64,000 bases of DNA from Ostreococcus lucimarinus. Taxonomy: Eukaryota. Under the pieces are notes generated by a model. It saw only the letters and a list, made by a program, of their open reading frames with translations, made no database searches and was not told where the DNA came from. Position numbers and translations under genes: made by a program. The stretch lies in assembly GCA_000092065.1 (NCBI GenBank), contig CP000592.1, one strand, 5' to 3'. Each line of letters begins with the position of its first letter. Position 1 is the first letter of the stretch. This document shows, in pieces, positions 50,445-59,098 of the stretch.

Positions 50445-52013
50445 TTAGGACTGACGGTACCCTTGGCCGCCGTACTGCGCGTATTGCTGCGCGTACTGCG
50501 ACTGCTGGGTGTAGTAGCCTTGTTGTTGCATCTGCTGCTCGGTGTATTGAGCCGCGCGACCGTTGTTCTGACGCGCGCCGTTTTGATCGGATCCGTCTTG
50601 GGTCTTGTATCCCGGCGGAGCGCCTTGCTTGGCGCCCGGCGCCGCGGCATACGCCGGGGGGTACGCGGGAGGGTAGGCTTGCTGCACCGCGTACGGGTAC
50701 GCAGGTTGGTGCGGCATGGCGTAAGGGTAGGAGTACATGGGATGGCCATACGCGTTGGGCATGTTGGCGAACGCTTGTTGCGGCGCCGCGCTCGAGCCCG
50801 AAGTGGACTGCGTCTTGTCGCCGCCCGCTTGTTGGCTCTGCGCCGCGGCTTGTTGCTTGTAGTAATCCGCATACGCGTTGTTTTGATCAGCGGGTTGCGC
50901 CGATTGCTGGTAACCTTCGTAGCCAGTGTAGCCGCCCGCCATGGGCACCGCCGGAGGCATCATGTAGTTGCCGTAGGCGTTGGGCATCATACCGCCAAAG
51001 TACGCCGGGTACGCTGCTTGCTGCTCCGCGGCACCGCTCGTCGTCGTGCTGCCGTTGACGGCGTCCGGCAACTTGGAGGCCACACCAGAATTTCTGCTAG
51101 ATTGCTTCTTGTTCGCTTGCGGCTGTTGCTGCTGCACGCCCCAGCCCGCCGCCGAGCCGTTGACGGCTGAGGACGAATCAAATCCAAAGCCAAAGTCACC
51201 GCCTGAGGTGGAGAAGTTGCCAAACTGAAGGCCAAGATCTTGCGCTTGCGCGCGATCGTTCGCTTGCGCTTGCTGCGGTCGCGGCACCGCAGCAGCCTGC
51301 GCGGCGGCGTCGAAACCAAAGCCAAAGCTCTCGGCGGATTGTTGCTGCGCCGCCGCGGGTCGTTGCTGTTGCTGTTGCTGCTGCGCGGGAGGTTGCGCCG
51401 CCACCGGCGCCGCCGCCGCGGGCGCGGGCGCACCCGGACCCGCCACCTTCTTGGCCCAGTTCATCGTCGCCTCGGCCGCGCTCGCCGGCGCCGCAGCTTG
51501 TTTGGGCGCCGGCTTGCCGCCTTGCGGGCGCGGCACCGCGCCACCCTTGGCGCCGCCGCGACCAGCTTGCGGCGCCGCCGACGGCGCCGGAGCCGCCACC
51601 GCGGGCTCACCACGAACTAAATCAGCGAGTGTTTTCCCACCAGGCCGAATCGGCGCGGGATTCGGCGCCGGTTCGAGCTTCGCCGGCGCCGCCGAGGGCG
51701 CCGCCGCCGCCGCGGGCGCCGCCGCGGCTCTCGCCGGCTTCCCTCCGCGCTCATCCCCGCGCTCACCCGCGCGCGGCGTCGGGAACTTCCCACCATTCTC
51801 AAACTTCCCATTTCTCCCCGGCTTACCATCGCGCCCTTGACCGTCGTACGCGCGTCCGTTCGTCCGTTCCCCGCCGAACTTTCCGCCTCGTCGTTCGCCG
51901 CCGTCTCTGTTATTATGTTGATTCCCAACCTTACCCCCCGCCCCGCTCTGCGCCCCGTTCGCCGGCTTCTTCTTCTGTTTCTTTCCGATCGTCTCAAACT
52001 TATCCACTGTCAT
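50445..52013 (-). CDS. Low-complexity Gly/Gln/Ala/Tyr-rich protein (prion-like; RGG-like N-terminus, FGFGFD motifs, Q tracts)
   Basis: 522-aa ORF. An N-terminal Lys/Gly/Arg-rich segment is followed by poly-A/P, a QQQQQQQ tract, two SFGFGFD motifs and a Y/Q/A-rich tail ending QYGGQGYRQS. Confidence 0.45.
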   Translation of the reverse strand: MTVDKFETIGKKQKKKPANGAQSGAGGKVGNQHNNRDGGERRGGKFGGERTNGRAYDGQGRDGKPGRNGKFENGGKFPTPRAGERGDERGGKPARAAAAPAAAAAPSAAPAKLEPAPNPAPIRPGGKTLADLVRGEPAVAAPAPSAAPQAGRGGAKGGAVPRPQGGKPAPKQAAAPASAAEATMNWAKKVAGPGAPAPAAAAPVAAQPPAQQQQQQQRPAAAQQQSAESFGFGFDAAAQAAAVPRPQQAQANDRAQAQDLGLQFGNFSTSGGDFGFGFDSSSAVNGSAAGWGVQQQQPQANKKQSSRNSGVASKLPDAVNGSTTTSGAAEQQAAYPAYFGGMMPNAYGNYMMPPAVPMAGGYTGYEGYQQSAQPADQNNAYADYYKQQAAAQSQQAGGDKTQSTSGSSAAPQQAFANMPNAYGHPMYSYPYAMPHQPAYPYAVQQAYPPAYPPAYAAAPGAKQGAPPGYKTQDGSDQNGARQNNGRAAQYTEQQMQQQGYYTQQSQYAQQYAQYGGQGYRQS

Positions 52014-52596
52014 CGCGCGCGCTCAGTCGTCGTCAGTCGTCCGCGTCGTTCGCGTCGTCGCGCGTCGTCCCCATCCCTCGAGTCGCGATTCGTCAGCCGC
52101 CAAACGCGGCGGGGCCGCGATCGCCCGTCGTCCCATCGTCTACCGTCGCTCGCGCGTTCGCCGCGCCTCGCTCGCCCGTCCGCGCCGTCTCGTCGCACGC
52201 ACTGTTTAACAACCGATCGATCGCGCGATCGACGTCGCCGCCGCACGCGTCGAGGACGTCGGCGCAGTCTCGCTCGGCGTGCCCGCTCATCTGCGCGAGC
52301 GCCTTCGCGGACGTCATCTTTCGCGGTCCGCGAGCGGTGCGACGCGCGCGGCGGGTTCGCGCGCGGGTGACGCGGCGCGTGGATTTTTTTCTCGGCGGCG
52401 CGAGCGAGTCGAGCGACGCGGGAGGCGGCGCGCGCGCGTGTGCGGCGGCGCGCGCGCGCGCGAGGGCGTGACGTCTTTCGCGGGGCGCTACAATACGGAA
52501 CCATCCCTATGTACATCGCGGTGTCGATTTCGCGCGGGAAACTTTGGAATTTGGCTGGGTGGCTAGAGGGAGTTTGTTTTGTTTTAGGCGATCGTT

Positions 52597-53581
52597 TCAG
52601 GCGTCTCCGGGCGCGAGCGCGCGCATCGCGCACTCGTACGCGAAGAAACTGAGCGAACTCATCGGGATGGTTTTCACGGTCGTCGCGCGAAGGCCGGCGT
52701 AGAAACCGCGGAGACCGCGGTCGCGGAATAACGCGCGGGCGACGGCGAGAAAACCGCCGCGCTCGACGACCATTCGACGGGAGACGACGTCGAGGGGAAA
52801 GCTCACGGCTTGACCACACGCGGCGCTGATCATGCCGAACGCGAGGCTCGGAGCGGCGGCGGCGGCGGCGGAGCGAGCGGCGGACTTGGCGCGACGGCTG
52901 CGACGAAGACGCGCGTCAGTCGGACGAAAAAGCGACGAGGCGAAAGAGGACGCACCCGTACCAATCGCGCATTAAATCGTAACTCCCGAACGTGATCGCG
53001 GCCTCGGGAACGACGGCTATCGCCGCCGGTAACGCGCCTCGGTACAGGCCCCGCGCGCCTTCGTCGCGAAAAATTTTACGCAACCCGCGTCCCAAGCCGA
53101 GCGTCGCCGCGCTCGGCCCGCCCGTCGCCTGTCGCACCAGCAACGAGTCGAGCGGGTACAACAGCGCGAGCGACGACAATCCCGCGACCGCGCCCGAGAT
53201 CAGCGCGTCGCTCGCGCGCGCCGCGTTCGACGTCGACGTCCCCGCGGCGGCTCGAGCGCGCCGCAGCGCCTCCTTCACCGCGCCGAAGACCAAAAAGTTC
53301 AACCCTTTCGCGGGCGCGTGTCGCGCGACCGAGGCTTTGGTGCCGGCGAACAGCGCGGACGCGCCCTCGGTGCGATAGATGGCGCGCAGGGACGTGGATT
53401 CGTTGGAACCGCGACCCGTCATCACGCGCAGCCGTCGCACCTCCAACGGCTGCGTCGCGATCCGCGACACCGCGCCGGACGCGCATCCGGCGACGAAGCG
53501 CGCGGACGCGTTCGTCGTCGACGACGGCGCGTCGTCGCGCGAAGTCGACGACGGGGCGTCGACGACGCGCGAACGCGCCAT
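52597..53581 (-). CDS. Mitochondrial carrier family protein; exons complement 52962..53581 and complement 52597..52897
   Basis: Three Mito_carr repeats. Repeats 1-2 are in exon 1 (RFVAGCASGAVSRIATQPLEVRRLRV; LISGAVAGLSSLALLYPLDSLLVRQ). Repeat 3 is in exon 2 (MISAACGQAVSFPLDVVSRRM). The 64-nt intron 52898..52961 on the minus strand runs GTACGG...CAG with ccgactgacg 20 nt before the acceptor. Confidence 0.7.
52898..52961 (-). other. Intron of the mitochondrial carrier gene
   Basis: Phase-2 intron with donor gtacgg and acceptor cgcag. It is needed to join repeat 2 to repeat 3 in frame. Confidence 0.55.
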
Positions 53582-53708
53582 GACGCGTCGAGCGAGTCGA
53601 CGAGTGCGGGACGAGGCGCCGCGTCGACGGGAAACGACGAGAAACGAGGCGCCTAAATGCGTCGCGGTTAAAAGAACGCGCGTGACGACGCTCGAAATCG
53701 TCGCGGCT

Positions 53709-54167
53709 TCACTTCTTCGGACGCAAAGCGACCTCGAGCTCGGCGCCGTCCGGGCCGTCGACGACGCACTGACACGATAACCGCCAACTCTCCTTCAACT
53801 TTCCAGCGCTGAGCTTTCGCGCCTCGGGGTCGGTGCGCTCGCTCAGAAATTCGCCGCCTCGGAGAACGTCGACGCCGCACGTGCCGCAGTTGCCCATGCC
53901 GCCGCAGTTGAGCAATTTGTTCACGCCCGCGTACAGCTCGCGCTTCGCGTCCAACGCGACGGTTCGCAGCACCTCCGGTTTCTCCACCGTCGTCGTCACC
54001 GGCGCCGATTTACCGTCCTCGGAGATGAACGTCACCTTTACGGCCGCGCGCGGCGTCGGCGCGCGCGCGGTGGAGGACGCGCGCGCGCGCGTTCGGCGGT
54101 GCCGGAAAGCGTCGCAGTTTGAGCGGGGACACGCGCGCGCGACGCGCGCGGCGGTGAAGCCGGGCAT
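53709..54167 (-). CDS. 2Fe-2S ferredoxin-like protein with a transit peptide
   Basis: Cys cluster NCGGMGNCGTCGV (C-x5-C-x2-C) plus distal LSCQCV, resembling plant-type ferredoxin ligands. Confidence 0.5.
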   Translation of the reverse strand: MPGFTAARVARACPRSNCDAFRHRRTRARASSTARAPTPRAAVKVTFISEDGKSAPVTTTVEKPEVLRTVALDAKRELYAGVNKLLNCGGMGNCGTCGVDVLRGGEFLSERTDPEARKLSAGKLKESWRLSCQCVVDGPDGAELEVALRPKK

Positions 54168-54312
54168 GAGGGACGCGCGAGAGAGAGTCTTCGCGTTCGC
54201 GCGTCCGCGAGCGCGGCGTCGAGCGCGAGCGGGAGCGCGCGCTGAAGAGTGCGGTGGGAAAGCGGCGCGCGCGGTTTGCTGTTACAAGGCGAAGATTTCG
54301 ACTCGCGATCGA

Positions 54313-55434
54313 TCACGTGCGACCGCCGAATCGACGGTCGCGCTTGGCGTAGGCGTATAACGCCCGGCGCAGTTCTGCTTCGCCGAACTCGGGCCAAAAC
54401 ATTTGCGCAAAGTACAGTTCGGTGTACGCGAGGTCCCAGAGGAGAAAGTTGCTCAGGCGCTGCTCGCCGCTCGTGCGAATCAATAAATCCGGCGCCTGCG
54501 CGAAATCGATCTCGTTCGTCGCCGCGCGTGCGTCGTATGTCGATAAATGCGCGCTCAGTGCCGCTTCGTCGATGTCCTCGGCGCGCATCTCCCCGTCCGC
54601 AACCTTTTGCGCGAGCGTCTTGGCGGCTTGCACGATGTCCTGCCGACCGCCGTAACTCAACGCCACCACCAGACGCAACGAATCGTTATCCTTCGTCGCC
54701 TCCATCGCTCGCGTCACCGCACTGCGCACGCCCTCGTTCACTTTACTCAAATCCCCGATGACTTCCACGCGCACGCCTTCCTTGACGAGCAACGGCAACT
54801 CCTCTCGCATCGCCGTCTCCACGAGCGCCATGAGCTCTTCAATTTCCGCTTGGTTCCGCCCCCAGTTCTCCTGACTGAACGCAAACACCGTCAGTGTGCT
54901 TATGCCCCAAGCCACGCAGCATTTCACCACCCCCCGCAGCGCGTTCACGCCGCGTTCGTGTCCAATCGTCCGCGGCAATCGCCGCCGTTCCGCCCACCGC
55001 GAGTTCCCATCCATGATGATCGCCACGTGTCTCGGCACCTGATCCCTCGCCAAGTCCCGCAGCGCGCTCGGTTTACTGTCCCATCTCGACACCGCCCCTC
55101 GCGGCAGGTTCAGAATCCCGGGAAATCCGAGCAAACCGGGGAATCGTCCTCCCGGCGTCGCGTTCGCCGTCGTCGCCGTCCCGTTCGCCGCGCGTCGGCC
55201 CTCGACGCCGTCGTCCTCGTCGCTCGACGCCTCATCCGCGGTCGACGCCGCGATCGCATCGTTCGCGGGCGCGCCGTCGGCGTCGTCTCGCCACGACGAC
55301 GCCCGCGCGCGCGAAGAGAAGGCGCGAAACGAATTCGTTGGATGAATTCGCGGTCGATCGCACGGTCGCCGCGCCGCGCGACGCGCGCGCGGCGCGGTTC
55401 GCGGCGCGCTCGACGCGCTCGCGCGCGCGCGCAT
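54313..55434 (-). CDS. cis-Prenyltransferase (undecaprenyl / dehydrodolichyl diphosphate synthase family)
   Basis: PRHVAIIMDGNSRWAERRRLPRTIGHERG...TVFAFSQENWGR...IRTSGEQRLSNFLLWDLAYTELYF, the UPPS signature blocks. Confidence 0.85.
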   Translation of the reverse strand: MRARASASSAPRTAPRARRAARRPCDRPRIHPTNSFRAFSSRARASSWRDDADGAPANDAIAASTADEASSDEDDGVEGRRAANGTATTANATPGGRFPGLLGFPGILNLPRGAVSRWDSKPSALRDLARDQVPRHVAIIMDGNSRWAERRRLPRTIGHERGVNALRGVVKCCVAWGISTLTVFAFSQENWGRNQAEIEELMALVETAMREELPLLVKEGVRVEVIGDLSKVNEGVRSAVTRAMEATKDNDSLRLVVALSYGGRQDIVQAAKTLAQKVADGEMRAEDIDEAALSAHLSTYDARAATNEIDFAQAPDLLIRTSGEQRLSNFLLWDLAYTELYFAQMFWPEFGEAELRRALYAYAKRDRRFGGRT

Positions 55435-55590
55435 CGACGCCGGCGACGACGGCGGCGGGACGCGACGCGCGGGAGTCTCGCAGTGCGGACGGCGTCGGCG
55501 CGGCGCGTCGACGACGAGCGAGCGCGCGCGAGCGCGGAATCGACGACGACGCGCGACGAACGAGCGTCGAGATGTGAAGATGATGACGAT

Positions 55591-57126
55591 TCACGCGCGA
55601 TCGAATAGGATTAAGTGCTCGGTGCGAGCCTGGTTGTACACCCTGCCCTCCTCCGTGGTGGTCGTGAGCTTCATCGTGCAGCCGGCGACTTCGCGCAGGG
55701 CGAATTTGGCGGCGGCGGCGACGATGGAGGCGCGAGTGTCGATGTTTGCGCCGTCGCCGACCATGATCGCGGCGCGACCGCGAGGGGTGAGCGAATCGGC
55801 GACGACGGCGAGCCATTCCTCTTGTTCGCGCTGCCAGACGTCCTTGAAGGCGTAAGGATCGGAACGGAGCGCGCGCCGAGAACCTATTTCGCCCTCCGTC
55901 CAACCGGCGGGCCAATTTCTGTCTCCCGGAACGACGGTGTTGACGTACGAGGACGTCGGACCGGATCGCGCCGAGAACGACGCGGATGATGGCACGACCG
56001 CACCGCTCCCAGCGCGCACCTTGCGCGCGAACGACAAGTAATCGTACACCGCCGGGTACGGACACGACGTCAACACGGCGTCGACTTTGTCCTCCGCCGA
56101 AAGCTTGAATTTCCTGACGTCGACGTTGTGAATCGACGCGGGCGGCGCGGGCGCACCCGCATGTTTCGCACATTCCTCTCGAAACTGCTCCAAACGATTC
56201 GCGTATTCCTCGACAGTTTTAAGAAACGTCTCCGCATTGACGCGCGAGGCGTCGTCGCCGCCGCCGCCGCGTTTTCCCTTACTCTTACCCTTATGCCGAC
56301 GCTTGTTTTGAGACTTTTGCGTCCTTTGCAGCGCGACTGACATGCAAAACCACAACCCCTCGGCGACGCGCGGCGCACCGACGAACGCATCGCTCGCCAA
56401 GTATTCCCTCAACGCGTCCCGAACCGCCCGCCAAGATCTCGGGACGTCGCTCGCGTCCTCATCGTTCGCTCCGTCTTTCTCCTCCCTCGTCCCCGCTCGA
56501 TCCGTCACCGTCCGCGCGCTTTCGAGCATCACTTCCACCTCCTCCTCGCTCGCGCGCCAATTTCTATTCGCGCTCACGAAGCACGCCAACGGCGACACGT
56601 CCGCGCCGACGGCGCGCCACCCGAGCGTCTGCGCGCACACCAGCGTCGTCCCTCCACCCGCGAACGGATCCAGCACGCTCCGCGTCTCCGTCGCCTCGAA
56701 GCACTCTCGCATTATCAAATCGCACGCCGCGGGCTGCATGCCCGCCAGAATCTCCCCGAATCCGTGCGTGCACCGCGCGAACCCGCTCGGCGCGCTCGCG
56801 TAGCCGTGCGTCCACTGCACGCGCATCGCCCGCAGGCACGACTCCGCGAGCGCGGCGTCGCCGAACGCGCGCTCGGTGAAGACATCGCTCGGCGTCGACG
56901 CGCGCTCGAGGTACTCGAGCTCGCGCTCGCGCGCGGCGTCGCTCGAGCGCGCGGCGGCGGTTCGAGTCCCGACGCCGCGTCGCGCGCGTCGCGCCGCGCT
57001 CGAGCGACGCGACGCGTCGCGCGCGTCGCGACGCGTCGAGATCACCGCGCGCGAGGTCGCGCGCGCGACGCGCGCCATCGGGCGCGTCGCGAGGCGGCGC
57101 GAAGTGCCGACCGCCGGCGCCGTCAC
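55591..57126 (-). CDS. Prokaryote-like SAM-dependent amino-methyltransferase homolog (N6-adenine/N4-cytosine MTase family) with motif I before a degenerate motif IV
   Basis: HGFGEILAGMQPAACDLIMRECFEATETRSVLDPFAGGGTTLVCAQTLGWRAVGADVSP resembles the HPT-KP...VLDPFaGSGTT...lGR..iGiE block. Downstream, KVDAVLTSCPYPAVYDY...WLAVVADSLTPRGRAAIMVGDG resembles the DPPY...RVLKpgG block, with the catalytic tetrapeptide changed to SCPY. Confidence 0.55.
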   Translation of the reverse strand: MTAPAVGTSRRLATRPMARVARATSRAVISTRRDARDASRRSSAARRARRGVGTRTAAARSSDAARERELEYLERASTPSDVFTERAFGDAALAESCLRAMRVQWTHGYASAPSGFARCTHGFGEILAGMQPAACDLIMRECFEATETRSVLDPFAGGGTTLVCAQTLGWRAVGADVSPLACFVSANRNWRASEEEVEVMLESARTVTDRAGTREEKDGANDEDASDVPRSWRAVRDALREYLASDAFVGAPRVAEGLWFCMSVALQRTQKSQNKRRHKGKSKGKRGGGGDDASRVNAETFLKTVEEYANRLEQFREECAKHAGAPAPPASIHNVDVRKFKLSAEDKVDAVLTSCPYPAVYDYLSFARKVRAGSGAVVPSSASFSARSGPTSSYVNTVVPGDRNWPAGWTEGEIGSRRALRSDPYAFKDVWQREQEEWLAVVADSLTPRGRAAIMVGDGANIDTRASIVAAAAKFALREVAGCTMKLTTTTEEGRVYNQARTEHLILFDRA

Positions 57127-57159
57127 TTTTCGTCACTTTTCCGCGCGGTTTTCGGCGGC

Positions 57160-58119
57160 ATGCGCCGTCGCGGCGCGTCGACGGCGGCGCGCGGCGCCGC
57201 GGTCGGGTTCATCGGAATGGGCATCATGGGCGCCGCGATGTCGCGCGCGCTCGCGCGCGCGGGCGCGCGCGTGGTGGCGTGGAATCGGTCGCGGGACAAG
57301 GCGGAGGCGACGCGCGCGGCGTTCGAGCGCGACGACGCCGAGGCGATGCGCGCGAACGGAGGGGCGATCGACGTCGTGGACGCCGTGGCGGACGTCGCGG
57401 CGCGGTGCGAGGTGACGTTCGCGATGCTGGCGGATCCGCGAGCGGCGCTGGAGGTGGCGAGGGCGTACGCGGCGGCGAGCGGGACGCGGGACGGAGACGC
57501 GAGGACGTACGTCGATTGTTCCACCGTCGACGGCGCGTGCGGAGAGGCGACGCGAGAGATTTTGGGAGAAAACGTGCGGTTCTTAGCCGCGCCGGTGTCT
57601 GGGGGGTGGCGCGACGCGGCGAAAGGGGAGCTTTTGTTCCTGGGAGGCGGCGACGCGCGGGCGTACGAAGACGGCGCGCGGTTCATGGACGTCATGGGCG
57701 CGAAGCGTTGGCTCGTCGGTGACAGCCCGACGCACGCGGCGAGGGCGAAATTGATGTTGCAAATCATGATGGGGAACGTCGTCGGCGCGCTCGGGGAGAT
57801 GCACGCGCTGAGCGAACGCGCGGGGTTGGACTCGAACGCTATTTTGGAAATGCTGTCGCACAGCGCGATGGGATCGCCGCTCACGACGGCCAAGGGTAAG
57901 CTCATGGCCGATCGGAACTTTGCCCCGAATTTCCAGGTGTATCTACAACAGAAAGACCTACGTCTAGCGTTGAACTTGGCGGATGAGCTTGATTTCGCCG
58001 CGCCGATCACGGCGGCGACGAACGCGCAATATCTCAAGGCGAAATCGCTCGGGCACGCCAACAGCGATTTCGCCGCCGTCGCCGCGGCGTACACGGGCGA
58101 AAAGCCCGATTCGAGTTGA
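57160..58119 (+). CDS. NAD(P)-dependent beta-hydroxyacid dehydrogenase (3-hydroxyisobutyrate dehydrogenase / GLYR family)
   Basis: Rossmann GFIGMGIMGAAMSRAL, and the NAD-binding domain 2 signature of this family (GDSPTHAARAKLMLQIMMG). Confidence 0.75.
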   Translation: MRRRGASTAARGAAVGFIGMGIMGAAMSRALARAGARVVAWNRSRDKAEATRAAFERDDAEAMRANGGAIDVVDAVADVAARCEVTFAMLADPRAALEVARAYAAASGTRDGDARTYVDCSTVDGACGEATREILGENVRFLAAPVSGGWRDAAKGELLFLGGGDARAYEDGARFMDVMGAKRWLVGDSPTHAARAKLMLQIMMGNVVGALGEMHALSERAGLDSNAILEMLSHSAMGSPLTTAKGKLMADRNFAPNFQVYLQQKDLRLALNLADELDFAAPITAATNAQYLKAKSLGHANSDFAAVAAAYTGEKPDSS

Positions 58120-58212
58120 CGCGTGTAAAGCGCGAAAGAAGCCGAAAGCACGCGATGGACGCGCTGTCGTCGTCACCATTAATCCCCACGAGTTGTATTG
58201 CGAACGATTTGA

Positions 58213-59034
58213 TTGACGCTCGTCGCTCGTCGCTCGCCGCTCGCCGCCGCCGCCTCAGACGACGCCGCGTCCGGCATGCCGCCCACCGCGCGCGAGTGGC
58301 GCCACTTCACCGCATCCAGCGACGGCACGCGCATCGAATGTCTCATCACCGATTTCCCGCGCGCCGAGGACGAGAAGCGCGCGCGCGAGGACTGGTTTAT
58401 TCTCGTCCACGCCCATCCAAAGCTCGGTGGTTGTCGACAGATGATGCTCCCGCTCGCGCGTTCTCTCGCCGCTCGCGGGCACGGCTCGGTGTGCGTCGCG
58501 CTGCGCGGTACTTCTGAGTCCCTGGGCTCGAGCACGTGGCGAGGGAGCGAGGCGGAGGGAGAGGACGTGCTCGCGGCGTGCGCGCTCGCGGCGAACGGGA
58601 CGCTCGCGGGCGCGAACGCGAACGCGCGATGTCATTTGGTCGGATATTCGTACGGTGGGACGATATGCGGGTACGCGCTGAAGAGGAAACATCCGAACGT
58701 GGCGTCGTACATCGCGATCGGGTACCCGCGAGGGTCGTACGGGTGTGGATTGTACGGAGTCGGGGCGAAGTGGTTGATGCGAGACCACTTCGACGCGCTC
58801 GCGGAGAGCGAGACGCCGAAATTGTTCATTCATCCCGAACGCGACGAGTTTACGACGGTGAAGACGATGGAAACGCTCGTAGAGGAGAAGCTCGAGCGTG
58901 GAGTGAGGGAACTGCGAGTGTTAAAGGGGGCGGATCACTTTTCCGCCGCGACGGACGCGCGCGTCGTCGAGCAGACGGTGGATTGGATCTTAGAGTTTGT
59001 GGCGCGTTGTGCGCGACGGGAGGATTCTTCTTAG
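58213..59034 (+). CDS. Alpha/beta-hydrolase-fold protein
   Basis: Nucleophile elbow GYSYGG. Secondary-structure pattern typical of small alpha/beta hydrolases. A distal His is present. Confidence 0.5.
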   Translation: MTLVARRSPLAAAASDDAASGMPPTAREWRHFTASSDGTRIECLITDFPRAEDEKRAREDWFILVHAHPKLGGCRQMMLPLARSLAARGHGSVCVALRGTSESLGSSTWRGSEAEGEDVLAACALAANGTLAGANANARCHLVGYSYGGTICGYALKRKHPNVASYIAIGYPRGSYGCGLYGVGAKWLMRDHFDALAESETPKLFIHPERDEFTTVKTMETLVEEKLERGVRELRVLKGADHFSAATDARVVEQTVDWILEFVARCARREDSS

Positions 59035-59098
59035 AAATAGACATAGCATTTCAATAGTCAAGAGTTAGCAAGGCATCTATATATAAGGTACAGTAGCT

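Noticed and set aside
52010-52819. A 269-aa minus-strand ORF between the low-complexity protein gene and the mitochondrial carrier gene.
   Set aside because: It is Arg-rich with no motifs. It overlaps the carrier gene's second exon in another frame and the GC-rich promoter region. Considered non-coding.
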